Position numbers and translations under genes: made by a program. DNA of 64,000 nt, taken from assembly GCA_965200315.1 (NCBI GenBank), contig OZ241362.1, positions 960,001 through 1,024,000 on the forward strand. The letters run 5' to 3'. Of this stretch, positions 1 through 9,094 are shown piece by piece (the first letter of the stretch is position 1; each line of letters starts with the position of its first letter). This DNA comes from Candidatus Latescibacterota bacterium. Its GTDB lineage: Bacteria; Latescibacterota; UBA2968; UBA8231. The notes under the pieces are model-generated. The model had not been told where the DNA came from, did not search any database, and saw only the letters and a list, made by a program, of their open reading frames with translations.

Positions 1-1491
1 CTCGACAAAAGCCGCGACCAACTCCGGGCTAAACATCTTGGCGATCCACTCGCTGCGCGCCAAACCATCGCCGTGCTCGCCCGACATGGCTCCGCCGTAT
101 TCGAGCACCATGTCGCTCATCCGCTCCTCCATCTGGCGCAAAAGCTTTATGCCCTCGGGCTCCTTGAGGCTGAAGATCGGCCGAATGTGCAACAGGCCGA
201 CGCTTGCATGACCATAGTATTCGGCCTCAATCCCCAATTCTTCCATCAGCGCAACCACTCGGCGGACGTAGGCGGGCAACTTGGCTACTGGGACGCTGGT
301 ATCCTCTACCCCAGGATGGGGCTTGGGATCGCCCTTCATGCCCATCAAAAGCCCCAACCCGGCCTTGCGTAGATCCCAAATGGCCTTCTGATCCCCGGCA
401 GCCACGGCCCGCGTAAATGCGTAGCCCATCCCACGCTCCCGCAATCGCTCTTCCAATTCGTCCATCTTGCGGCCCAGCTCGTCTTTGGAGTCCGCATAGT
501 ACTCGACTATGAGCAGAGCTGCTGGATCGCCTGTGAGGAAGCGGCGGCTCGGGGCGTGCTCGACCGATCCTTTAGTCTGGTCGAGCAAAATTTTGTCGAT
601 CAGTTCGCTGGCGACAGGCGAGGTCTCCAACGCGGTCAGATTGGCCTCCATGGCCTCGACCAAGTCGTGGAAGTGGACGGCCACTAAGCTCTTGTGCGTG
701 GGTAGCTCTACCAAATTCAACCGCGCTTCAACTACCGAGCAGAGCGTGCCCTCCGAGCCGACGACCAGCTTGCTCAGATCAAAGGGGGCACCGTCGATGA
801 ACTCGTCGAGATTGTAGCCCGAGACGCGGCGCATCACTTGGGGAAAGCCTGTGCGGATCTGGGCTTCGCGCTCGCGGACGATGCGGCGAATTTCGCGGTA
901 AATGCGACCTTCGAAGCTGTCCAAGCCCGCGCGGCGTTCACACTCTTCGTCGGCCAGCGGCCCGAATACCGCTTGTGAGCCGTTGGCCAGCACCACCTTT
1001 AGCTCCAGAACGTGGTCGATGGTCTTGCCGTATATCATGGAGTGCGCACCGCAGGAATTGTTGCCGATCATGCCGCCGATATTGGCCCTACTACTCGTGG
1101 AAACATCGGGCGCAAAAATCAGACCGTAGGGCTGCAAGTAGGCATTGAGTTCGTCAAGCACCAAGCCCGGCTGGACCCGGACCCAGCGCTCGTCCGGGCT
1201 GAACTCCACGATCCGGTTCATGTATTTGGAAAAATCGAGATGAACCGCAGCCCCCACCGACTGGCCGGCCAAACTCGTACCGCCGCCCCGGGGCAAGACC
1301 GCTGCCCCCTGCTCAGCGGCAATTTTTACCGCAGCGACCACATCGGCCTCGTCTTTGGGCACGACCAGCCCCAAGGGCTCCATCTCGTAGATGCTGGCGT
1401 CGGTGCGGTAGAGCATGCGCGAAACAGCGTCAAAGCGCACCTCGCCTTGGATGGCCTGCTGCAAGGCCATCTCCAACGTATCTATATCCAT
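1..1491 (-). CDS. FAD-linked oxidase/(Fe-S)-binding oxidoreductase, YdiJ/GlcD-like (5' part; runs off the left edge)
   Basis: Absent from the ORF track because it has no stop in the window. Manual minus-strand translation from ATG 1491 gives MDIDTLEMALQQAIQGEVRFDAVSRMLYRTDASIYEMEPLGLVVPK...VLPRGGGTSLAGQ...APDVSTSSRANIGGMIGNNSCGAHS, which are PCMH-type FAD-binding motifs. The plus-strand ORFs here are antisense shadows. Confidence 0.9.
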   Translation of the reverse strand, partial: MDIDTLEMALQQAIQGEVRFDAVSRMLYRTDASIYEMEPLGLVVPKDEADVVAAVKIAAEQGAAVLPRGGGTSLAGQSVGAAVHLDFSKYMNRIVEFSPDERWVRVQPGLVLDELNAYLQPYGLIFAPDVSTSSRANIGGMIGNNSCGAHSMIYGKTIDHVLELKVVLANGSQAVFGPLADEECERRAGLDSFEGRIYREIRRIVREREAQIRTGFPQVMRRVSGYNLDEFIDGAPFDLSKLVVGSEGTLCSVVEARLNLVELPTHKSLVAVHFHDLVEAMEANLTALETSPVASELIDKILLDQTKGSVEHAPSRRFLTGDPAALLIVEYYADSKDELGRKMDELEERLRERGMGYAFTRAVAAGDQKAIWDLRKAGLGLLMGMKGDPKPHPGVEDTSVPVAKLPAYVRRVVALMEELGIEAEYYGHASVGLLHIRPIFSLKEPEGIKLLRQMEERMSDMVLEYGGAMSGEHGDGLARSEWIAKMFSPELVAAFVE

Positions 1492-1658
1492 ATTTAAGAC
1501 ATTGATCGATTGCGCGCCTCTCCGCCCCGAAGAGGGCCGGCGCACACACTTTGGTCACTTGGTAGGGACATTTTAATACTAAGAACGCCCTCTATAGGCC
1601 GTCAAATTCTCGCGCTAGCCGCCTTTTTATTTTTTTCGTAAAAATATCCAATATGTAG

Positions 1659-1687
1659 TTGACAAACATTTTTGACCCCAATAAATT
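1659..1687 (+). promoter_or_regulatory. sigma70-like promoter for zapA
   Basis: TTGACA (1659-1664), 17-nt spacer, TAAATT (1682-1687), in an AT-rich intergenic region. Confidence 0.65.
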
Positions 1688-1774
1688 GATTGATTGCCAC
1701 GTGGTTAGCGCGCAAAAGAGGGGGCTTCCGGGACAAGGGGAGATCGCGGAAGTCCCCAATCTCCCAGGATGCTC

Positions 1775-2104
1775 ATGGCACAAACACAACCCGTCGCTGT
1801 CCGCATCTACGATCAGACCTATCATCTCGTCAACAGCGAGGGGCAAGACCCCGAGTACATCCGGCTTGCTGCGGCCTATCTCGACGAAAAAATGCAGCAG
1901 ATCGCCGCTACGAGCGGCCCCCGGGGGCCGCTCGATATCGCCATTTTAGCTGCGCTCAATATCGCCGAAGAAGTGCTCCACGCTCGTCAGCACAAGGACG
2001 CACTGATCGACAGAGCCGATGCCCGCATCGACTCCTTTACCCGGTTGTTGTCCGACGACGCCCCCGCTACAGACAATCCCTCCACCGACGCCAAGCGGTT
2101 CTAA
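1775..2104 (+). CDS. zapA: cell division protein ZapA
   Basis: VRIYDQTY...YIRLAAAYLDEKMQQIA...IAILAALNIAEE is the ZapA signature. AGGA lies just upstream of ATG 1775; the alternative start is 1769. Confidence 0.88.
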   Translation: MAQTQPVAVRIYDQTYHLVNSEGQDPEYIRLAAAYLDEKMQQIAATSGPRGPLDIAILAALNIAEEVLHARQHKDALIDRADARIDSFTRLLSDDAPATDNPSTDAKRF

Positions 2105-2114
2105 TTCTTTTCTA

Positions 2115-3854
2115 TTATATATAGTACTCGATTTCCCCATCCCGGGACTCTTGGGAGTGAGGCACATTGAGCGGACATCGCGCCTTGTAATCGGGATGGA
2201 GCCGTGCCCATAGGTAATCGAGCGCGTGTTGATTCCAGCGAAAAAAGTGATCGCGGCCAATCTGCTCCATCAGCCCCGACCGCTCCAGCGCGTCGGTAAG
2301 CTGCCGTTTAGCTCGCGTAAAGTACAGGTCTAGCCCAACTTCGCGCAGGCGTTCAACTACGTTGCGCAACGCTTGTTCGCCAGAAGCATCGATCCGGTTG
2401 ATCCCGTCTGCATCGAGAATCAAGTACCTTAGTTCAGGTGCTGAGGCGATCGTTTCGAGCACCTTGTCCTCAAAATAACGACTAGACCCAAAGTACAATT
2501 GGCCGTCAAAGCGCATAATCGCGATCTGCTGATCCGGCCTCAGCCCGGCGTCGCTTTCGCGCATCGTGCCATCGAGGTGCCGGGCGAGAAAAACCACGCG
2601 GGGCCGCATGGTGCGGTAGAAGTTGAGCACCAGCGAAGCCCCCACGCCGAGGGCAACCCCCAAGTGCAGGTCCGGTGCCAAAACCAGCGTGCCGACAAAA
2701 GTCGCGGCCCCAATCAGCCCGTCGTGGACATTAATGCGCCAAGCGGTCCCTAGGGGCTGAATGCGTACCAAGCCGACGACAGCGGCGATAATAACAACGG
2801 CGAGAGTAGCTTGCGGCAGATAATACAACAGCGGCGTGAGCCAGAGCAGGACCGCAGCGATGACCAGCGACGCTACGACCGAGGAAAAACCCGTCCGAGC
2901 CCCGCTTTGGTAGTTGACGGCCGACCGCGAGAACGAGCCCGAAGTCGCATAGCTCTGGAAAAACCCGCCGACCACGTTGGCCATGCCTTGGCCGATGAGC
3001 TCCCGATTGATATCGAGATGCTGCCGCGTCCGCGCAGCGAGGGTCTTGGCTATGGCCATGGCTTCCATCAGGCCGAGCATGGTCAAAGTCAAGGCACCCG
3101 CGAAGAGTTGGGACAGGATATCCACGTCTAAGTCCGGCACTGACAGCCGCGGCAAACCGCGCGGAACCGCGCCTACCACCTCCCCGCTAAATCCAGCCAG
3201 CCAAGAAACGAGTGTGGTGATCACCAGCGTCGTCAACATGCTCGGCAGCTTCCAGCGACCACGGCGCAAAACTAGCAACAGCCCCCCGGCCAACGCCGCC
3301 ATTCCCAGCGTCGGCCAATGGACCTCTAACAGCGCCACGTCAATGACGCGAAGAGCCGCCAGCAGATGTCCTCCCTGCTGAGGCTCCACACCGAATACCT
3401 TGTGCAATTGGGAAATGGCGATGATAAAAGCGGCGGCATTGGTAAAGCCGACGACCACCGGGCCGGACAGCAGGTCGATCAGCAAGCCCAACCGCAACGC
3501 GCCCAAGGCGATCCGTATCAGACCGACGAACAAGCCCAAAACCAGCGAATAGGCGATATACAGCTCGCCGCCCTCGGGAGCAAGCCCCTGCACGGTCGTC
3601 GCGCTGATGAGCGAAGCTATGGCCACCGGGCCGGTGGACAAGTGCCGGGAAGAGCCAAAAAGCGCGGCCACAGCCGGCGGCAGAAAGGCCGCGTACAACC
3701 CATACACTGGCGGCAACCCCGCCAACTCGGCGTAGGCCATGGCTTGAGGCACGAGGATCGTCGCCACGGTGAGGCCCGCGACCACATCGGCGCGCCAGAC
3801 GCCTCGCTGGCCGAGTTCGGGCAGCCAATGGATAAATGAAAAAAATCGCTTCAT
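2115..3854 (-). CDS. SulP/SLC26 family anion transporter with C-terminal STAS domain
   Basis: DVVAGLTVA...PQAMAYAELAGLPPVYGLY, GSSRHLSTGP, GSFSRSAVN; STAS motifs RFDGQLYFG and LDADGINRIDASG. Confidence 0.95.
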   Translation of the reverse strand: MKRFFSFIHWLPELGQRGVWRADVVAGLTVATILVPQAMAYAELAGLPPVYGLYAAFLPPAVAALFGSSRHLSTGPVAIASLISATTVQGLAPEGGELYIAYSLVLGLFVGLIRIALGALRLGLLIDLLSGPVVVGFTNAAAFIIAISQLHKVFGVEPQQGGHLLAALRVIDVALLEVHWPTLGMAALAGGLLLVLRRGRWKLPSMLTTLVITTLVSWLAGFSGEVVGAVPRGLPRLSVPDLDVDILSQLFAGALTLTMLGLMEAMAIAKTLAARTRQHLDINRELIGQGMANVVGGFFQSYATSGSFSRSAVNYQSGARTGFSSVVASLVIAAVLLWLTPLLYYLPQATLAVVIIAAVVGLVRIQPLGTAWRINVHDGLIGAATFVGTLVLAPDLHLGVALGVGASLVLNFYRTMRPRVVFLARHLDGTMRESDAGLRPDQQIAIMRFDGQLYFGSSRYFEDKVLETIASAPELRYLILDADGINRIDASGEQALRNVVERLREVGLDLYFTRAKRQLTDALERSGLMEQIGRDHFFRWNQHALDYLWARLHPDYKARCPLNVPHSQESRDGEIEYYI

Positions 3855-3872
3855 GCGTTCGCTAGGGATCGG

Positions 3873-3902
3873 TTGACACCTAGTCGGCGGCCAGTGTACA
3901 CT
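3873..3902 (+). promoter_or_regulatory. sigma70-like promoter for the PhyH gene
   Basis: TTGACA (3873-3878), 18-nt spacer, TACACT (3897-3902). Confidence 0.5.
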
Positions 3903-3936
3903 TAGCGGGTCATCACCTCAACAGCGGGAGTGCTAC

Positions 3937-4737
3937 ATGGAACCCCACGAGCAGCGAGCTTTTTTTCAGCAGCAGGGCTACTTAATCGTCGCCGACCTGC
4001 TCAACAGCCGCGAAGTCGCCGAATGCCAGCGCGAGATCCAGCACCTGCACCAACTAGCCGCCGACCTAGAAGCCAACCAAGACCCGCTCAGCAGCCACTT
4101 TCAGCGCGAGCCTTTTTCTAAAGACCAAAACCGCAACGGCCTGCCAGTGCTGCGCAAAATCGAGAACACCCGGGCCCTGTCGCCGTGTTTTGCCCAACTC
4201 GCGGCCCATCCCTACCTCGTCGCCATCGTGCAATCGCTCCTCGGGGACGATCTGCTTCTCTTCCGCAGCACCCTCATGCTCAAACCCGCTTTTCACGGCT
4301 CAGCCCACGCCCTGCACCAAGACTCAGCCTATTGGCCAATGGAGCCGCCCGCTCTCATAACTGTGAGCATCGCCCTCGACGACGCCACCCCAGACAACGG
4401 CTGCCTCAAGGTCATTCCCGGCAGCCACCATTGGGGCTTGAAGGAATGGGGGCACATCGCCCAACAGCAAGGGGCACCGCTGACTAACCGCGAAGATTTC
4501 GATAGCTCGCGCCAAATCGACGTGCCGCTCGCGGCCGGTTCCGCCGTGCTATTCCACAGCTTGATGGTCCACGGTTCCGGTCCCAACCAGACCGACCGCT
4601 CGCGCAACACCGCACTCTATGCTTATTTCTCGCCGCACGTGCGCTACGTGCCCGGTGCCAATGGCCCTCAGTCGAAGACCTTCCCGGTCATCGCCGGCCT
4701 CAATGGCGCAGCCGAACACTTGCTAGTCGCGTCCTGA
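3937..4737 (+). CDS. phytanoyl-CoA dioxygenase (PhyH) family Fe(II)/2-oxoglutarate dioxygenase
   Basis: FFQQQGYL, LHQDSAYW (HxD), ALDDATPDNGCLKVIPGSH, FHSLMVHGSGPN. Confidence 0.93.
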   Translation: MEPHEQRAFFQQQGYLIVADLLNSREVAECQREIQHLHQLAADLEANQDPLSSHFQREPFSKDQNRNGLPVLRKIENTRALSPCFAQLAAHPYLVAIVQSLLGDDLLLFRSTLMLKPAFHGSAHALHQDSAYWPMEPPALITVSIALDDATPDNGCLKVIPGSHHWGLKEWGHIAQQQGAPLTNREDFDSSRQIDVPLAAGSAVLFHSLMVHGSGPNQTDRSRNTALYAYFSPHVRYVPGANGPQSKTFPVIAGLNGAAEHLLVAS

Positions 4738-4808
4738 GCAACCGCCCTAAAGAAAAAAATTATACCCCTAAGTGCCAACGAGGGGGATAGCGTCAACCGC
4801 GCGCAAAC

Positions 4809-4847
4809 AAAAAAGGCCGACGCCCGCAATGCGGACACCGGCCTTTT
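4809..4847 (-). terminator. intrinsic terminator of infC, possibly bidirectional
   Basis: Minus strand GGCCGGTGTCCGC-ATT-GCGGGCGTCGGCC followed by T6; the plus strand has T4 after the stem. Confidence 0.8.
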
Positions 4848-4865
4848 GCGATGTTCGGATCAACC

Positions 4866-5387
4866 TCAGTGGGGCCTGAGAATGAGCGACATTTCGCGGC
4901 CTTCCATCTTGGGGGTCTGGTCAACGACAGCTACATCCTTGAGCTTGGCAGCCAGATCTTGCAGTAGCTCGTATCCTCGATCCTGATAGGCCATCTGCCG
5001 TCCTTTGAAGCGGACGCTGACTTTGACCCGGTTCCCCTTTTCGATAAACGCGCGGATGTGACCCACCCGGTATTCAAGATCGTGTTGGGAGATATTGGGT
5101 TGGGCGATGCGAATGCCCTTCATCTGCACGTTGTGCTGCTTCTTACGCGCTTCCTTGGCCTTTTTTTCTTGGTCGTAGCGGAACTTGCCGTAGTCGATAA
5201 TCCGGCAGACCGGCGGGCGCGCTTCAGCGGCCACTTCTACTAGGTCGAGATTGGCTTCCTCCGCCATGGCCAAGGCACGGGCCGTTTCGATGATCCCCAC
5301 CTGCCCCCCATCAGACCCGATGAGCCGGATTTGGGGCACGCGAATATCATCGTTTACTCTCGTAAAACTCTTTTTCTTTGCTGCGAT
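4866..5387 (-). CDS. infC: translation initiation factor IF-3, non-canonical ATC start
   Basis: IF3 motifs RVNDDIR, DLVEVA, PPVCRIIDYGKFRY, KVSVRFKGRQ, PKMEGR. The frame extends 16 codons upstream of the track's GTG to ATC 5387, which is 7 nt after a GGAGGT Shine-Dalgarno. Confidence 0.93.
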   Translation of the reverse strand: MAAKKKSFTRVNDDIRVPQIRLIGSDGGQVGIIETARALAMAEEANLDLVEVAAEARPPVCRIIDYGKFRYDQEKKAKEARKKQHNVQMKGIRIAQPNISQHDLEYRVGHIRAFIEKGNRVKVSVRFKGRQMAYQDRGYELLQDLAAKLKDVAVVDQTPKMEGREMSLILRPH

Positions 5388-5440
5388 TGCATCAACCTCC
5401 GTAAAGGGTGGAAAGTGCGGGCGTCTCCCGCAGGGTTTTT

Positions 5441-5468
5441 AATATATTCTCAGCGCGAATTAAAACAA
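5441..5468 (-). promoter_or_regulatory. putative infC promoter
   Basis: Minus strand TTGTTT, 16-nt spacer, TATATT, followed by a TGCGGG-N5-CCCGCA hairpin (5416-5432) and the SD. Confidence 0.4.
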
Positions 5469-5547
5469 GCAAAGATTTGCCCCCGCCCTTTTTGGCAGCC
5501 ATGAGCGAATAGGTTATTTTGCCTATTTTCCACCCGAAGGAAAGCCC

Positions 5548-6549
5548 ATGACCCGCACGTACGACGTCTATGGAGTAGGCCACGCCCTAGTGGACATCCA
5601 ATATCAAGTCGCCCCGGAATTCCTCGCCAAACACCAGATCGAAAAGGGGGTTATGACCCTCGTCGATGAGGAGCGGCAGCGCCACCTCACAGCCGCGGTC
5701 GGCGGCGAGCCAGTTGCCTCGGCTTCGGGCGGCTCGGCGGCCAATACCCTCATCGGCGTCGCTCGCTATGGCGGCCGCACCTATTACGCCTGCCTGACCG
5801 GCCGCGACGCTTGGGGCGACTTTTACCAGCGCGATCTCGAAGCAGCCGGCGTGGCCACGCATCCGGCCAACCGCGGCGGGGGCAAAACCGGTCAGTGCTT
5901 GGTTTTTATCACTCCAGACGCCGACCGCACCCTCAACACCTTCTTGGGCATCAGCAGCGCCATCGGCCCAGCCCAACTCCACGAGGAAGTCATCGCCGAC
6001 AGCCGGTACGTTTATATAGAGGGCTATCTCCTCGGCTCAGAAGACGGCTTTGCCGCTGCGCATCAAGCACAGCAAATGGCCCAACGCCACGGCGCGGCCG
6101 TTGCCCTAACACTGAGCGATCCCTTTGCCGTCCGGGACTTTTGGCCGCGCTTTGACGCGCTCTTGCAACACGGCGTAGATCTGCTCTTCTGCAATGAGGA
6201 GGAAGCCCTCGCCAGCACTGGGACCGACGACCACAAGGCAGCCGGTGCAGCCCTCGCTTCCCAAGTCGGCACGGCCTATGTAACGTGCGGTGCCGATGGT
6301 GCCCTAGTGTACGCCGACGGCACCCACCACCAAGTGCCGGGCGTCCCGGTGCAAGCCATCGACACCAACGGTGCCGGCGATCTCTTTGCCGGCGGCGTCC
6401 TCTACGGGCTGTCCCACGGGTACAGCCCCTTAGACGCAGCGCACTTAGGCTGCTATGCGGCCGCGCAAGTGGTAACCCGCTTCGGGCCGCGCCTAGAACA
6501 ATCGCTCGCCAATCACATTGATCACATCCTATCCCATTTCTCAACCTAG
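5548..6549 (+). CDS. PfkB family kinase (adenosine kinase-like)
   Basis: GHALVDI, KGVMTLVD, SGGSAANT, RTLNTFLG, DTNGAGDLFAGG (PfkB signature). Confidence 0.92.
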   Translation: MTRTYDVYGVGHALVDIQYQVAPEFLAKHQIEKGVMTLVDEERQRHLTAAVGGEPVASASGGSAANTLIGVARYGGRTYYACLTGRDAWGDFYQRDLEAAGVATHPANRGGGKTGQCLVFITPDADRTLNTFLGISSAIGPAQLHEEVIADSRYVYIEGYLLGSEDGFAAAHQAQQMAQRHGAAVALTLSDPFAVRDFWPRFDALLQHGVDLLFCNEEEALASTGTDDHKAAGAALASQVGTAYVTCGADGALVYADGTHHQVPGVPVQAIDTNGAGDLFAGGVLYGLSHGYSPLDAAHLGCYAAAQVVTRFGPRLEQSLANHIDHILSHFST

Positions 6550-6562
6550 TTTGGAGGTCCGC

Positions 6563-7519
6563 GTGAAAATTCTAGTCCACTACCCATTCACCGACGAACA
6601 GCACGATCACTTGCGCCAGATAGCGCACGACAACGGCGGCCACGAAGTTTTTGTGGCCAACGACGATCAAGAGGCCCTCGCCGTAGCCAGCGAGATCGAC
6701 ATCATCGTCGGCCACTTCCCGCCCGCCGTCTGCGCCGCCGCTCCCAACCTGCGCTGGGTTCAGTCCTTTAGCACTGGCATGGATAAGTTCCTCTTCCCCG
6801 AAATCATCGCCCGCGACAAAGTCGCCATCTCCAACGTGGCCGGGCTATACGCCCCCCAAGGCGGCGAACACGCTTGGGCCTTGCTCCTCGCCCTGACGCG
6901 GGGCATCGATCGGTCGATTCGCCACAACGACCAGCGCAAGTGGGCTGGTGGAACTACCGTCGAGCTAACCGGACAGACGTTGGGCCTTGTGGGACTGGGG
7001 GGCTTTGGGCTTGAAATGGCCAAGCGGGCCGCCGGGTACGACATGCCGATCATCGCCATTGATCCGTTGCGCCGCGACCTGCCGCCGGGCGTTTCCGAAC
7101 TCAAGGACAACTCCCGCGAAAACCTGCACAGCCTCCTCCGCCGCGCCGACGTGGTGATGATGGCCTGTCCGCTCACCGCGGAGACGTACCACCTCATCGG
7201 GCGCGAGGAACTGGCACTAATGAAGAACAGTGCCTATCTGATCAACGTGACGCGGGGCGGCATCATCGACGAGAATGCTCTCTGCGAGGCCCTGCACGAC
7301 GAGCAGATCGCTGGTGCCGGTATCGACGTTACTGAAATCGAGCCGTTGCCTTCCGAATCGCCGCTGTGGGACGCGCCCAACATCATCCTCACCCCACATC
7401 GGGCCGGTGCTTCGCAGCATAGGCCGCGCAAGATCTACGAGTTCTTCTGCGCCCAATTAGAGCGCTATCTCAAGGGCGATCCGGTGCTCAACATCATCGA
7501 CAAGAAGAAGGGGTACTAG
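6563..7519 (+). CDS. D-2-hydroxyacid dehydrogenase family protein
   Basis: GLVGLGGFG, CPLTAETYHLI, INVTRGGIIDE, DVTEIEPLP, ILTPHRAG. GGAGG precedes GTG 6563. Confidence 0.93.
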   Translation: MKILVHYPFTDEQHDHLRQIAHDNGGHEVFVANDDQEALAVASEIDIIVGHFPPAVCAAAPNLRWVQSFSTGMDKFLFPEIIARDKVAISNVAGLYAPQGGEHAWALLLALTRGIDRSIRHNDQRKWAGGTTVELTGQTLGLVGLGGFGLEMAKRAAGYDMPIIAIDPLRRDLPPGVSELKDNSRENLHSLLRRADVVMMACPLTAETYHLIGREELALMKNSAYLINVTRGGIIDENALCEALHDEQIAGAGIDVTEIEPLPSESPLWDAPNIILTPHRAGASQHRPRKIYEFFCAQLERYLKGDPVLNIIDKKKGY

Positions 7520-7561
7520 GGAGTAAAAGCGGGATATTGTACAGGTAGGAGACTCATTTCA

Positions 7562-7894
7562 TTCACCATTCGGAAACCGGAAACGGTCAACGTCAACTTC
7601 CCGATGACGACGATCAGATGCCGAGCGGCGAGTTGCCTGTATGGACTGGCCCCTTTTCTCGAGGATATTCTCCATCGCCACATCGACGAATCGGAATGGG
7701 AAGAAGCCGACGAGACGGAATCTGTCCCCGCAGGCGATACCGTCCATCCAATCCAATCACAAATCCAGACCATTCTTAAAAAAGCGCAAGCACTCGACCC
7801 GCACGACCCAAAGCTCGCCGCCCTGCGCAAAATCATCCAAGACAAGCAAATTGACCATACCATCCGCAACTCACGCCTTTCTAAGAACCGATGA
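7562..7894 (+). pseudogene. internal fragment of an SNF2-type helicase
   Basis: FTIRKPETV...MTTIRCRAASCLYGLAPFLEDIL...DPKLAALRKIIQDKQ resembles the linker before the helicase-C domain of SNF2/DrmD-like helicases. It has no Walker motifs and is cut off by the convergent AAA gene. Confidence 0.55.
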
Positions 7895-9029
7895 TAAATT
7901 CGCGGTAATTCCCTTGATGGACGACCTCGAACGAACTATCGCGGTACGCTTGACGCCAGCCACGGGGTGCCCGGACGGTGGCTTGAGGCGACCACTTCAT
8001 TTCAACGGCGTGCAGACTCCCTCCCCACTCCTCAATCAAGTCGATCTCCTGCTGGTCGTAGGTGCGCCAGAAATAACTCTCGGCCAAGCGCCCCGTGTAT
8101 AGGTTGAACTTCAGTCGTTCGACCAAGACATAGTTCTCCCACAAGGCCCCCACATCGTCGCGCAGCGACAGACCATTGAAGTTGTTGATCAGTCCGTTCC
8201 TAATGCCATTGTCGTAAAAATAGTAGCGCCGGCTCTTGGTAATTTCCTTGCGGAGATTGCGGCTGAAGCCGCGGCGGCTATAGAGGATATAGACTTTTTC
8301 GAGCAGGTCGAGATAGCGCTCCACCGTGTTCTTGTTCATGCCTAGTTGGGTTCCCAATTCCGCCACGGAAACCTCGCGGCCAATCTGAAAAGCAAGCAAC
8401 TGAAGCAAGCGGAGCAATTTGTCGGCGTGTCGAATGCCTTCCAACTGTAGAATATCTTTAAATAGATAGGAAGCGATTAGTTCCTTTATATAAAGCTGGC
8501 GGTCTTCGTTCGACTCCATCAGGACGACCTCCGGGTACGACCCGTAGATCAACCGCAGTTCGAGCTGAGCCCTAGTCTGGTGAGCTGTTTCCACCTCCTG
8601 TAGTTCGAGCTGAGCCAAGGGCAACAGCAGCAGCGTGTATTTGCGGCCCGTCAAAGGCTCGCCCGTCTGCTGCGCTAGGTCAAAGGAAGAAGAACCCGTG
8701 GCGATAATGCGCAGCCCTTCGACGTGATCGGCTAGTAGCTTCAAATTCAGGCCGATTTGCCGCACGTACTGGGCTTCGTCGATAATCAACGTACGCCGTT
8801 GGCCGATAAAGGCTCGCAATTTGACCAAGGATTGACTTTCCAAATAGTCGCGCACCGTTATATCTTCCCCAGTTACCAAGAGGGCGTCGCGGGCGTACTG
8901 TTGGACGTAATGCTGGATCAAGGTGGTCTTGCCCACCCGCCTAGGACCGTACACCACGGCGACTTTATTAGGGGTAGCCAAGTGCTTGAGTCGAGTAAGT
9001 TGTGCTTGGGGAATATAAATACCGGACAT
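7881..9029 (-). CDS. AAA_14 ATPase with C-terminal DUF4143 domain
   Basis: Walker A GPRRVGKTT, Walker B IIDEAQ, TGSS, PLTGR, GSYP, KSRRYYFYDNG, GALWEN, YFWRTYDQQEIDLI, EMKW. Confidence 0.93.
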   Translation of the reverse strand: MSGIYIPQAQLTRLKHLATPNKVAVVYGPRRVGKTTLIQHYVQQYARDALLVTGEDITVRDYLESQSLVKLRAFIGQRRTLIIDEAQYVRQIGLNLKLLADHVEGLRIIATGSSSFDLAQQTGEPLTGRKYTLLLLPLAQLELQEVETAHQTRAQLELRLIYGSYPEVVLMESNEDRQLYIKELIASYLFKDILQLEGIRHADKLLRLLQLLAFQIGREVSVAELGTQLGMNKNTVERYLDLLEKVYILYSRRGFSRNLRKEITKSRRYYFYDNGIRNGLINNFNGLSLRDDVGALWENYVLVERLKFNLYTGRLAESYFWRTYDQQEIDLIEEWGGSLHAVEMKWSPQATVRAPRGWRQAYRDSSFEVVHQGNYREFIIGS

Positions 9030-9034
9030 GATAT

Positions 9035-9060
9035 TGACTGAATTAACGTCAATTCAGTCA
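9035..9060. promoter_or_regulatory. near-perfect 26-bp palindrome (candidate operator) between divergent genes
   Basis: TGACTGAATT-AACGTC-AATTCAGTCA, just upstream of the AAA start codon. Confidence 0.55.
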
Positions 9061-9094
9061 GTTGTCAAGCCCACAATTACAGGGTGAGAATCTG

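Noticed and set aside
73-1497. Plus-strand ORFs of 70-161 aa
   Set aside because: They are antisense shadows of the minus-strand FAD-linked oxidoreductase that runs off the window edge.
2105-2300. 6S RNA, commonly found downstream of zapA
   Set aside because: Only 10 nt separate zapA from the convergent SulP stop; there is no room or structure for ssrS.
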